A stretch of 64,000 nucleotides of DNA from Candidatus Kapaibacterium sp. (lineage in GTDB: Bacteria; Bacteroidota; Ignavibacteria; Kapaibacteriales; Kapaibacteriaceae), in the NCBI GenBank assembly GCA_018882585.1, contig VFFB01000004.1:5175-69174 (forward strand), in the 5' to 3' direction. The position numbers were made by a program, and so were the translations under genes. Every line of letters begins with the position of its first letter. Position 1 is the stretch's first letter. The notes below the pieces were generated by a model. It had not been told where the DNA came from. It searched no databases and was given only the letters and a program-made list of their open reading frames with translations. Of this stretch, positions 27,587-36,593 are shown piece after piece.

Positions 27587-29688
27587 ACTTCCTGAACCCA
27601 CTGGTGCTGCTGGGCATGGCTGCGGCGGGAATTCCCATCCTGTTGCATCTGCTCAATCTGCGACGGCTGAAGACCATTGACTTCAGCACCGTACGGTTTT
27701 TACAGGAGTTGCAGCAAACGCGTGTGCGACGTCTGCGCGTGCAGCAGATCCTGCTGCTGATCCTACGGACGCTCGTCATCCTGTTCGCCGTGCTTGCATT
27801 TGCGCGCCCGACCATTCCTGGGTCGTTGCCGCTATTGTCGGTCGAAGCCCGCAGCAGCGTCGTTATCCTGGTCGACAATTCTGCCAGCATGGAAGCGGCT
27901 GACCAGCGCGGAGAGCGTTTCCGTCAGGCACGTCGCGCTGCACAGTCCATCATCAGCCTGCTGAAGGATGGCGACGAAGTTGCTGTGCTGCCACTTGCCG
28001 ACCGTGATGCGGGACGTGCTGTCGAGTTCACACGGTCGTTTACCGTGGCCACCGAGGCACTCGAGCGTCTCGCGCTTGCCGATGGCCGGGCAGACGTCGC
28101 AGGTGGTCTGCAGGCCGCAAACATGCTCTTTACGGATGCCGCGCACGCTCATCATGAAGTCTACATCGTCAGCGATGCCCAACGCGACGTCATCGTTCGT
28201 AATCCCGACGATACGTCACGCCAGCTCACCACCGATGCCAACGTGATGCTCGTTCGCATCGGGAGTGGTGATAAGGGGCTCGAGCAGAACCTCTCGGTCG
28301 ATTCCGTTGCCGTCCTTACCCGTCTGGTCCAACCGGACAAGCCGGTCGAGGTCGAAGCCTTCATTCGGAACGGTAGTACGCGCGACGCGTCGAACGTCAT
28401 GGTCACGCTTGCCTTCGACGGCACCCGTGTGGCGCAGCAGGCTCTTGACATTCCGGCCGGTGCTCTGCGCTCGATCGTTGTGGCTGCACCGCCGCAGCGG
28501 CGTGGCGTGATCGCCGCAGGCGTCGAACTCGAGAACGATGCCATTGATCGGGACAACATCCGCTATGCAGGCATCACCATTCTGCAGCGTGCCCGCGTAG
28601 CCATCATCGGTTCCGGTGCCGCGGCGCGTCTTGCACAGGTTGCGCTTTCGGTGCCGGGTCTCGAAGGAAGCCTGCCCGTTGCCACGATGGTTGACGGTGT
28701 TCGTGCCCTTGGTGCAAACATGCGCGCCTACGACGTCGTTGTCTTGGCCGATGCCACCCTTGGCGGTGGTGATGCTGCACTGCTGCAGCAGTTCGTGCAG
28801 CAAGGCGGCGGTCTGGTTGTGTTCGCCGGAGATGATGCCTCAACGGCAGACGCCGTTCGGCCGTTCGGCCTTACTGTCGAATCGGTGCGAACCGCATCGG
28901 CGCAACAGCCGTGGATGATCACCGGCGTCGTGCGGACGCATCCGTTGTTTGCGGGCGTCTTCAAAGGATCGACCGACGCGGGTGGCATCGCCGAATCGCC
29001 GCGGCTGACCATGCAGCGTCCGGCGGCCGGGGGCGCCACGCTCATGAAAACACCTGCCGGACCGTTCGTAAGCGAAGGCACTTCGCCGGGCGGACGCGTC
29101 ATCTACGTGGCCGCGTCGCCGCGCAGTGACTGGGGTGGTCTGGGCGCAACAGGGATATTCCCGATGCTGCTGGTTCGAAGTGTGTTGTATGCCAGCATGC
29201 CCCGTGATGCCGGCATCGAAGCGTCGATCGGCGAACGTGTGCAGGCACCGATTCCTCCGCGCATGGCCGGTACGTCGGCCTTCAGTCTGATCGACGTCAA
29301 TGGCATCCGGTCTGCCGTTGCAGCGATGTCGCAGACGACTGGAGACGTCGTCATGGTGCCGGCCCAGTATCGTGCCGGCGTTGTGAAGGTGCTTACGGAA
29401 GATTCTGCCGCCGTCCTTGGCGTAACGATCCACCGCCCCGTCCAGGAGTCTGCGCTGACGTTCCTTGACGATGCAGCTTGGAAGCGCGGTGTTGCCGACA
29501 TGGTCAGGGCAACCGATCGCGTCGTCGTTGTTGACGCCGCCAATGGTATGGAGCGTGCCGTCCAGCATGCCCGTATCGGCAGTGAACTGTGGCCGCTCTT
29601 CATCGTTCTTGCACTGCTGTGTGCAGTTGCAGAGATGGCAGTTGCTCGTTTCTGGGCCACCGAGTCGGCCGACACCACGATGGCGTAA
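27583..29688 (+). CDS. BatA-type N-terminal double-transmembrane protein with vWA domain and C-terminal anchor
   Basis: ATGA overlap with rluB. The N-terminus MNFLNPLVLLGMAAAGIPILLHLLNLRR is the aerotolerance-regulator (BatA) N-terminal signature. The vWA MIDAS-like segment is VVILVDNSASM. A C-terminal TM helix, LWPLFIVLALLCAVAEMAVARFW, is present. Confidence 0.8.
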   Translation: MNFLNPLVLLGMAAAGIPILLHLLNLRRLKTIDFSTVRFLQELQQTRVRRLRVQQILLLILRTLVILFAVLAFARPTIPGSLPLLSVEARSSVVILVDNSASMEAADQRGERFRQARRAAQSIISLLKDGDEVAVLPLADRDAGRAVEFTRSFTVATEALERLALADGRADVAGGLQAANMLFTDAAHAHHEVYIVSDAQRDVIVRNPDDTSRQLTTDANVMLVRIGSGDKGLEQNLSVDSVAVLTRLVQPDKPVEVEAFIRNGSTRDASNVMVTLAFDGTRVAQQALDIPAGALRSIVVAAPPQRRGVIAAGVELENDAIDRDNIRYAGITILQRARVAIIGSGAAARLAQVALSVPGLEGSLPVATMVDGVRALGANMRAYDVVVLADATLGGGDAALLQQFVQQGGGLVVFAGDDASTADAVRPFGLTVESVRTASAQQPWMITGVVRTHPLFAGVFKGSTDAGGIAESPRLTMQRPAAGGATLMKTPAGPFVSEGTSPGGRVIYVAASPRSDWGGLGATGIFPMLLVRSVLYASMPRDAGIEASIGERVQAPIPPRMAGTSAFSLIDVNGIRSAVAAMSQTTGDVVMVPAQYRAGVVKVLTEDSAAVLGVTIHRPVQESALTFLDDAAWKRGVADMVRATDRVVVVDAANGMERAVQHARIGSELWPLFIVLALLCAVAEMAVARFWATESADTTMA

Positions 29689-29696
29689 TTTGTAGT

Positions 29697-30599
29697 ATGT
29701 GTGCTCCGGTCGTGCATCCCGACGTCATGCTGCTGCAGCGGCAATGTGCCGACATGCGCGGACGCATTCGTGCCGTTGTCGACGAGTGGCATGCCCTTTC
29801 GACCGTTGAACGTCCACGGCTTACAGCCCTGTATGACCGCTACTTCGGTTCGATCGAACGCGAGTACCAACGTCTGGCCCTTGATGCTGCCGAGCTCTTT
29901 CGTCGTGTCGAACTGCTCAGCATCAAGGTAGCTCGAGGAGAACGTCTCACGGCCGACATGATCGATCACGTCAATCGCGTTGTCGACAAGGAATATGCCC
30001 GCTTCCACCAACGGTTGCACCAGGCATTCGACATGAATTCCGAGCAGCGCAACGACGCCGCAGTCGCAGGCCTTGACAGCGTTGATGACGACGAGCTGAT
30101 GAAGACCTACCGCATTCTTGTGAAACGACTCCATCCTGACGCCGTTGGACGTGACGACACCACCGACCCTATGTGGCAACAGGTGCAAGAGGCATACGCT
30201 GCGCGCAGCACGTCAACACTGCGATCGCTCCTCTCAATGCTCGATGCCGACGTCTCAGCCGACGCATCAACGCAAGGATGGAGCATTGAGCGGTTGCAGC
30301 GCGAGGTAGGACTGCTGACGTCGCGACTGGACATGGAGCGACGTAAACTCGAGAGGTTGCGCGCTTCGGAGCCGATCTCGATCGCCCGCGACCTTGAGGA
30401 TCCTTCCTGGCGGAGCAACCATGAGCACCAGCTGCGATCGCGCCTTGCGGCGAAGCAGCGCGAGTACGACGAGACACGAAAGCGCTACGTCGAGATCACC
30501 GGTAACACCGCACTACCTGGCCGAAATCCGAACCGCACCGCTGCTGAGCAGCAGGAAGCGCAGGACTTTATGGAGAACACGTACTTTGGAGCACGATGA
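29697..30599 (+). CDS. J-domain (DnaJ-like) protein with coiled-coil flanks
   Basis: The first ATG after the upstream stop is 29697; the track ORF extends upstream in the same frame. The J-domain core is ELMKTYRILVKRLHPDAVG...WQQVQEAYA with the HPD tripeptide. The start position is uncertain. Confidence 0.6.
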   Translation: MCAPVVHPDVMLLQRQCADMRGRIRAVVDEWHALSTVERPRLTALYDRYFGSIEREYQRLALDAAELFRRVELLSIKVARGERLTADMIDHVNRVVDKEYARFHQRLHQAFDMNSEQRNDAAVAGLDSVDDDELMKTYRILVKRLHPDAVGRDDTTDPMWQQVQEAYAARSTSTLRSLLSMLDADVSADASTQGWSIERLQREVGLLTSRLDMERRKLERLRASEPISIARDLEDPSWRSNHEHQLRSRLAAKQREYDETRKRYVEITGNTALPGRNPNRTAAEQQEAQDFMENTYFGAR

Positions 30600-32440
30600 G
30601 CTACGTCATTGAACAGCGGGACGATCAACTCGTCAACACCTCGGCAGCCATTCGCTACGAGCTGCGCTTCGATCGCGCTCCGCAACACCTTGTGCATGTA
30701 CGCATGCGCGTCGAGCGCGTCAGCAGTCCGACCATCACACTCGTCATGCCCGTCTGGGCACCCGGCAGTTACAAGGTGCGCGACTATGCGGGCTGGCAGG
30801 GGAATGTCGAGGCCTACACCGTGCGCGGTGCGCAACGCACGCGTACTACCATGCGCTGGCGCGACAAGACATCGCTCGAGGTCACGACCGATGGTGCCGA
30901 CATCATCGAAGTCGACTACCTCATCTATGGTCATGAGCGGACCGTGCGCACCAATCACATCAACCGCATGCATGCCTTCATCATGCCGGTTGCCACCCTG
31001 ATGTATGTTGAAGGTCGGACCGACGAGATCCATCATGTGCTGCTCAAGCACGACGCCAAGCTGTGGCCGAAGGTCTCGACCCAGCTCTCGCCCGTACGGC
31101 CTTCGTCGTCCGACGGTATCCTGCTTGGCGCCCTCAACTACGACCTGCTGGCAGACTCGCCCATTGAGATCGGAGACCATGTCGTAAAAACGTTTACGGC
31201 TGCCGGTGCGAAGCATGAGTTGGCGATCTGTGGATACCACGAAGTTGACGCCGATTGGATGGTCGAGCAGCTGGTGCGCATCGTCGACGTCGAAGCCAAC
31301 GTCTTTGGCGGCGTACCGTACGACCGATACGTCTTCATCATCTGGGCATATCCCGGCGTGGGTGGCGGTCTGGAGCATGCACGTTCATCGGTCAACGCCG
31401 TCGACCCGTCAAGTTTCCTCGACAAAGGTCGTTCCTCGGGTCTGCTCTCCTTGCTTACGCACGAGTATTTCCACCTGTGGAACGTCAAGCGGATCCGTCC
31501 TGTCGAACTTGGCCCCTTTGATTACACGCGTGAAAACCTGACGTCGATGTTGTGGTTGGCCGAAGGCATGACGTCATACTATGACGACCTGTTTGCCTAT
31601 CGATGCGGATTCCTGACGCAGCGGGAATACATCAACACGCTGGCGAACGACCACATCAGCAAGCTGCTGCGCGTACCCGGTCGTTTCCGCATGTCGGTGC
31701 GCGACAGCTCCACACTCGCCTGGCTCAAGCTGTACATGCAGAGTCCCGACGCCAACAACCGCTTCCCCAGCTACTATCTGAAAGGGGGCATTGTGATGCT
31801 GTTGCTGGACCTGCACGTGATCGACCATACCGACGGGAAGAAGTCGCTGGACGACGGGTTGCGGGCGCTCTGGGCGCACTACAAGGCGAATCCGGAGAAG
31901 GGGCTGACCGAGGCCGAATGCATCGCTCTGTTCGAACGCGGAACAGGCGTACAGTTGCGCGACCTGCTCAACGGATGGCTTGATGGCACAACGGAGCTAC
32001 CCTTTGGCGAACTGCTTGGCAAGGTCGGATTGGAATTGGACGTATCCGTGGTGCAGCCGAAGGCAATAACATTTGGCGAAGCACGTGCCTTTGCATCGGT
32101 GCCGCCGTCGAAGTTCTACGGCTGGACGCTTGCCGATCAGGGCGGCCGTATCCTTGTCAAGTCGGTCGAAGACGAAACGCCTGCGCAGCTGGCAGGTCTT
32201 GGCATCGACGACGAGATCGTGGCTGTAGACGGCAAGCGCGTCACCTCGACCACCATGGTCGAACAGTTCCTGGCAGAACGTCGCGGCGAGCCGCGACAGC
32301 TGACATGTCACTGCGACGGCCGTATGTTTGAAACGACCATCACGCCGGCTCCGGTGCAAACCTGCTCGATCAAGGATGTAGCAACCATCTCCTCACGTCA
32401 GCAGCAGCTCCGCGACGCATGGCTCAAACGTCTGGTATGA
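30596..32440 (+). CDS. M61 family (glycyl aminopeptidase-like) metallopeptidase with C-terminal PDZ domain
   Basis: ATGA overlap with the upstream gene. The zinc motif HExxH sits in LLTHEYFHLWNVKRIRP. The PDZ-like segment is GGRILVKSVEDETPAQLAGLGIDDEIVAVDGKRV. Confidence 0.85.
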   Translation: MSYVIEQRDDQLVNTSAAIRYELRFDRAPQHLVHVRMRVERVSSPTITLVMPVWAPGSYKVRDYAGWQGNVEAYTVRGAQRTRTTMRWRDKTSLEVTTDGADIIEVDYLIYGHERTVRTNHINRMHAFIMPVATLMYVEGRTDEIHHVLLKHDAKLWPKVSTQLSPVRPSSSDGILLGALNYDLLADSPIEIGDHVVKTFTAAGAKHELAICGYHEVDADWMVEQLVRIVDVEANVFGGVPYDRYVFIIWAYPGVGGGLEHARSSVNAVDPSSFLDKGRSSGLLSLLTHEYFHLWNVKRIRPVELGPFDYTRENLTSMLWLAEGMTSYYDDLFAYRCGFLTQREYINTLANDHISKLLRVPGRFRMSVRDSSTLAWLKLYMQSPDANNRFPSYYLKGGIVMLLLDLHVIDHTDGKKSLDDGLRALWAHYKANPEKGLTEAECIALFERGTGVQLRDLLNGWLDGTTELPFGELLGKVGLELDVSVVQPKAITFGEARAFASVPPSKFYGWTLADQGGRILVKSVEDETPAQLAGLGIDDEIVAVDGKRVTSTTMVEQFLAERRGEPRQLTCHCDGRMFETTITPAPVQTCSIKDVATISSRQQQLRDAWLKRLV

Positions 32441-34587
32441 CACGACGCCCCCTCCATATCATCCTGTTGGCATGTCTGGGCCTTGGCCTGGCATCCTGTG
32501 CGTGGTATGACGATCGTATGGCGTACTTCAACACCTACTACAACATCGGTCGGATCATGACCGAGGTGCAGGACCAGTTTGAGTACCATGACGAAGGGAA
32601 GCGTGCCAAGCCACGCGTGCTTGTGCCGGGAATGGAGGGCTTCACGCAGAAGAGCGAGACGGCGCCCGGCAATACGATGTCCTTCCTGCAGGCCTTTGTC
32701 ATTGAGCGTGCCAAGCTGCAGCCGGTGCAGGTCAAGGTCGACAGCGTACTGATCAAGGGCTCGAAGATCCTTGCCAATCATGGCAAGTCCGAGTATATCG
32801 AAGGTACACTGTTCGCCATGTCCAAGGCCTACTTTTTCCGCAGCGAGTGGGTGGCATCGCAGCAGAAGTGCGTCGAGATGGTCGAGAAGTTTCCCGACGG
32901 TGAATACTCGCCCGACGGACATCTGCTGCTTGCAAAGAACTACCTGTTGCAGCGCAAGATCTCGCAGGGCGAGGTCGCACTCTCGAAGTGCATCGACGTG
33001 GCATGGTACAAGGAACGCTACGATATCTTGTCCGAAGCCTACCGGATCCAGGCCGAGATGGCTATCGAAGCCGGAGATCTGGACAAAGCCGTGCAGCCAT
33101 ACAAGCAGGCGGTAGCCCAGAGCGAAGACAACGTACAGCGTGCCAAGTGGCAGGTCGATGTTGGCAGCATCTACTACCGTGCCGGCAGGTTTGACCTTGC
33201 GGCCAAGGCATTTGAGGATGTGTTCGAATACACAGCCGATGCGGTGGCCACCTTCGAGGCAAAGCTGTACAGGGCTGCGTCGTTGACGCAGCTGAAGAAG
33301 TTCGGCGAGGCTGAGGAGATACTGGAGGACCTCGAGGACAACCGCAGTTACGAAGAGTGGAAGTCCTTCATCGCGTCGGAACGACTCGCTCTGGAGCGAG
33401 CGAAGACGCCGGATCCGGAGAACGAGCAGGTACTTGCGCAGGAGCGCAAGGCCGACACCAGTTTTGTGGGACGTCCGGAAGTGCTGGCGCAGAACTTTCA
33501 GAAAGGTATGGAGCTGTACAAGCAGGGCAAGTACAGCGAGGCTCTGCCGTACTTTGCCCGTGCGAAGGTCATTCGTACACCAGTATATGAAGTGGCCAAC
33601 AAGTACTTCGGTCTTATCAAGCAGTGGGAAGATCAGCACCGGAAGATCAATGTGCTTCGCTTTGTAGACAAAGCGGCGATGCGGGATACGATGGCCATGC
33701 AGCGCTCAAGGGAGTTGTATGCACTCGGTCGCGTGTTCGAACAGTTCGGCGACGCGGACTCTGCACTGTACTACTATCGCTTGGCGCATGACTCGACAGC
33801 CGATGCCGACGCCGAGAAAAGCCGGTACCTGTTTGCGCAGGCCAGGCTGATCAAGATGACCGATCCCGAGGCGGCCGACTCACTGTTTGAAGTCATCAGC
33901 GAACGATATCCCAACTCGGCCTACGGACGTCAGGCAAATGGTGACCTTGGCTTTTCGTCCGATGCCATCGTCGACGACGATGCCGAGATGTACCGCTCGG
34001 CGAGCAGCTTCAGGAAGATCGGTGAGTTCGATATGGCGTCCACGCGCTACAACGCCATCGTGCGTGATCATCCCACGAGCGACTATGCGCCAAAGGCACT
34101 CTATGCATTGGGCTGGATGTACGAACGAGAGGTCATCAACCCGGACAGTTCGAGATACTACTACCAGCTGTTGGTGGATCGATATCCCACGTCGGAGTAT
34201 GCGCGGGACATCCGTCCAAGCCTGGAGTTCGCGCTGGCAAAGATCAATGGCGTTGACGTTGCCGACAGCTTGCTGCTGCGCGATCTTGACAAGGACCTGC
34301 TGGAGCGTGCCAAGGCAGGGGAGAAGGATGCCTTGCAGCAGATGCTCGACAACAATCAGGACATGCTGAATGGCAACATGCAACAGCTGCGGAACATACC
34401 CGGCATGAACAACGTCCCGGGTCTCAACAACCTGCCGGGCATGCAACAACCTATCGGGACGACACCCAATCAGGGTGGTCCGGGGCAGATCCCCGGTGGT
34501 GGCTTGGGACGTCCGCCGGGCAATCCATTCGGCGGTCCTCAGGGACAGGATCAGCAGTCAGACACGACGGGCACCAGACGCCCCTAG
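32437..34587 (+). CDS. TPR-repeat lipoprotein with Gly/Pro/Gln/Asn-rich C-terminal tail
   Basis: ATG 32437 overlaps the M61 stop (ATGA); an alternative ATG lies at 32419. The lipobox is LGLASC. Multiple TPR-like helices are present. The tail is NIPGMNNVPGLNNLPGMQQP...GGPGQIPGGGLGRPPGNPFGGPQGQ. Confidence 0.8.
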   Translation: MTRRPLHIILLACLGLGLASCAWYDDRMAYFNTYYNIGRIMTEVQDQFEYHDEGKRAKPRVLVPGMEGFTQKSETAPGNTMSFLQAFVIERAKLQPVQVKVDSVLIKGSKILANHGKSEYIEGTLFAMSKAYFFRSEWVASQQKCVEMVEKFPDGEYSPDGHLLLAKNYLLQRKISQGEVALSKCIDVAWYKERYDILSEAYRIQAEMAIEAGDLDKAVQPYKQAVAQSEDNVQRAKWQVDVGSIYYRAGRFDLAAKAFEDVFEYTADAVATFEAKLYRAASLTQLKKFGEAEEILEDLEDNRSYEEWKSFIASERLALERAKTPDPENEQVLAQERKADTSFVGRPEVLAQNFQKGMELYKQGKYSEALPYFARAKVIRTPVYEVANKYFGLIKQWEDQHRKINVLRFVDKAAMRDTMAMQRSRELYALGRVFEQFGDADSALYYYRLAHDSTADADAEKSRYLFAQARLIKMTDPEAADSLFEVISERYPNSAYGRQANGDLGFSSDAIVDDDAEMYRSASSFRKIGEFDMASTRYNAIVRDHPTSDYAPKALYALGWMYEREVINPDSSRYYYQLLVDRYPTSEYARDIRPSLEFALAKINGVDVADSLLLRDLDKDLLERAKAGEKDALQQMLDNNQDMLNGNMQQLRNIPGMNNVPGLNNLPGMQQPIGTTPNQGGPGQIPGGGLGRPPGNPFGGPQGQDQQSDTTGTRRP

Positions 34588-34588
34588 G

Positions 34589-34885
34589 TCACATCTCGAG
34601 CTGCGTGTGCAGGGCTATTTCTTCGAGCACTGCGCTAACCCGCAAACAGACGTCGAGTTCGCCGTGATAGACCATCGCCTTACCGGAGTGATGCACCTCG
34701 AGCGTGCACCGTTCGGCATGCTCGTAGGAACAACCGGTTGCGATGATGATCTGCTCGATGACCTCGTCGAACGTATGCCAGTCATCGTTGAACAGGATCA
34801 CCCGACACATAAGGCCGACATCTTCAAGGACGTCAAGTTCGGGCGCCGCCTCGTGATCGGGCGGAAGTTGATCGTACATTCCCAT
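34589..34885 (-). CDS. clpS: ATP-dependent Clp protease adaptor ClpS
   Basis: The ClpS core is VILFNDDWHTFDEVIEQIIIATGCSYEHAERCTLEVHHSGKAMVYHG. The track start at 34894 is TTG; in-frame ATGs lie at 34885 and 34879. The stop codon is 1 nt from the converging TPR gene stop. Confidence 0.85.
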   Translation of the reverse strand: MGMYDQLPPDHEAAPELDVLEDVGLMCRVILFNDDWHTFDEVIEQIIIATGCSYEHAERCTLEVHHSGKAMVYHGELDVCLRVSAVLEEIALHTQLEM

Positions 34886-34891
34886 TGGCTG

Positions 34892-34899
34892 CAAAACTA
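34892..34899 (-). promoter_or_regulatory. Candidate -7 promoter box (TAnnTTTG) for clpS
   Basis: The minus strand reads TAGTTTTG, 6 nt upstream of ATG 34885. This is compatible with a leaderless or near-leaderless clpS mRNA. Confidence 0.3.
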
Positions 34900-34909
34900 C
34901 GAAATCGGC

Positions 34910-34917
34910 TATCTTTG
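34910..34917 (+). promoter_or_regulatory. Candidate -7 promoter box (TAnnTTTG) for the CADD gene string
   Basis: TATCTTTG lies 42 nt upstream of ATG 34960, in the divergent clpS/CADD intergenic region. Confidence 0.35.
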
Positions 34918-34959
34918 TTGCCTAACACCCATCTCCCACTCCATCTGTGGATTTCGATC

Positions 34960-35652
34960 ATGACGACACAGGAATTCCTTGACAAGCTGGACGAGATCGT
35001 CCGCGAGCGTCACATGCTCCAACACCCGTTCTACATCATGTGGAACGAGGGCCAGCTGACCATCGACATGCTGCGTGAATACGCCAAGGAGTACTACCAT
35101 CAGGTGCACTTCTTCCCGACGTATGTCAGCGCTACACATGCAAAGTGCGATGACATGGAGATCCGCCAGATGCTGCTCGAGAATCTGATCGAAGAAGAGC
35201 ACGGCGAGAACAATCACCCTGAACTCTGGTTGCGCTTTGGTGATGCGCTTGGCATCTCGCGCGATGAAATGAAGCAGCGTCGCTACCTTGACCACACGCG
35301 TGACTCTGTGCGCATCCTGAAGGAGCTTGCCGGCCGTGACAATGCTGCCGAAGGTCTGGCCGCTCTGTATGCCTACGAATCACAGATTCCCGAGATCTCG
35401 ACCACGAAGATCGCCGGACTCAAGAAGTGGTATGATCTTGACACACCCAAGGCGCTCGAATTCTTTGCCGTGCACGAGCATGCCGACGAGATCCACCGCA
35501 CGGTGACGCGCGAAGCGCTTGCCAAGATGTGTGCCACCGACGAGCAGAAGCAGGCAGCTCTGGACGCCGCGCGCGAAGCGGCCGATGCGTTCAACCTGCT
35601 GCTTGACGGTGTGTACACCACATGGTGTGCCGAGAAGGCCTCTCTGAACTGA
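34960..35652 (+). CDS. CADD-family (haem-oxygenase-like di-metal) protein, putative self-sacrificing p-aminobenzoate synthase
   Basis: 230 aa from ATG 34960. As far as I recall the sequence, it is collinear with Chlamydia trachomatis CT610/CADD: FLDKLDEIVRERHMLQHPFYIMWNEGQLT..., LIEEEHGENNHPELW, AALYAYESQIPEIS, FFAVHEHADEIH. Confidence 0.8.
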   Translation: MTTQEFLDKLDEIVRERHMLQHPFYIMWNEGQLTIDMLREYAKEYYHQVHFFPTYVSATHAKCDDMEIRQMLLENLIEEEHGENNHPELWLRFGDALGISRDEMKQRRYLDHTRDSVRILKELAGRDNAAEGLAALYAYESQIPEISTTKIAGLKKWYDLDTPKALEFFAVHEHADEIHRTVTREALAKMCATDEQKQAALDAAREAADAFNLLLDGVYTTWCAEKASLN

Positions 35653-35684
35653 TCTGCATTGCCCCTTTACTGGCGTTTGTCTGC

Positions 35685-36593
35685 ATGTGCCGTTTTGTAG
35701 CCTACATCGGACCTCAGATCCTGGCCGATGATCTGCTGTATAAGCCGAAGTTTTCGCTGGTGACGGCGCAATCCGTCAACGCTGGCGAAATGTCGGTGGC
35801 AGTGAACGGCGACGGCTTTGGCATTGGCTGGTATGCGCCGGAACTTGACAACGAGCCCTGTGTCTTCCGCAGCATCAAACCGTCGTGGAGCGACCAGAAC
35901 CTGAAAAACCTGGCCCGAAAGATCTACTCGCCGTGCATCTTTGCGCATGTGCGGGCGGCGTCTCCGGGACTGACGGTCGAAGAGGTGAACTCGCATCCGT
36001 TTTCGTGCGGACAGTTGATGTTCATGCACAACGGTGTGCTGGGTGGCTTCAAGACCATCAAGCGACGTCTGTTGCGTACGCTCAACGACACAGCCTACGA
36101 CGCGATCCAGGGATCGACCGACTCGGAACACCTGTTCGGTCTGTTCCTGAATCACATTGCCAATCCCTTCGGGACGGTGACGTGCGAAGAGATGGTGCAT
36201 GCGATGACGAAGATGTTCGAGGATCTGAGCGTGTTGCTTCTGGATGCAAACGTCCGACAGCACTCGTACCTGAACCTCGCAGTGACCAACGGAACAAGTC
36301 TGATCGTGGTGCGGTATACAACGAATCCCAACGTGCAACCCGCATCACTCTACTACATGTACGGCAAGGAATATCACTGCCGTGCCGATGTGTGTGCGAT
36401 GGAACCGTCACACGGTCGTCCGAGTACCATCGTGGTAGCGTCGGAACCGTTTACGGCACGTCGATCGGACTGGATGAAGGTGGAGCGGAACAGCATGATG
36501 ATCATCGACGAGACCATGCGGATCCGCTTCCAGCATGTTGAAATGGACATAGAACACGAAGATTTTGAAACGATCGCACCTGAGATCGGATGA
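35685..36593 (+). CDS. Class II (Ntn-type) glutamine amidotransferase, YafJ/EgtC-like
   Basis: Start MCRFVAYIG places the nucleophilic Cys2 at the mature N-terminus. Other matches are GDGFGIGWY, FAHVRAAS...NSHPF and FMHNGVLGGF. The track ORF begins further upstream at 35622. Confidence 0.8.
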   Translation: MCRFVAYIGPQILADDLLYKPKFSLVTAQSVNAGEMSVAVNGDGFGIGWYAPELDNEPCVFRSIKPSWSDQNLKNLARKIYSPCIFAHVRAASPGLTVEEVNSHPFSCGQLMFMHNGVLGGFKTIKRRLLRTLNDTAYDAIQGSTDSEHLFGLFLNHIANPFGTVTCEEMVHAMTKMFEDLSVLLLDANVRQHSYLNLAVTNGTSLIVVRYTTNPNVQPASLYYMYGKEYHCRADVCAMEPSHGRPSTIVVASEPFTARRSDWMKVERNSMMIIDETMRIRFQHVEMDIEHEDFETIAPEIG

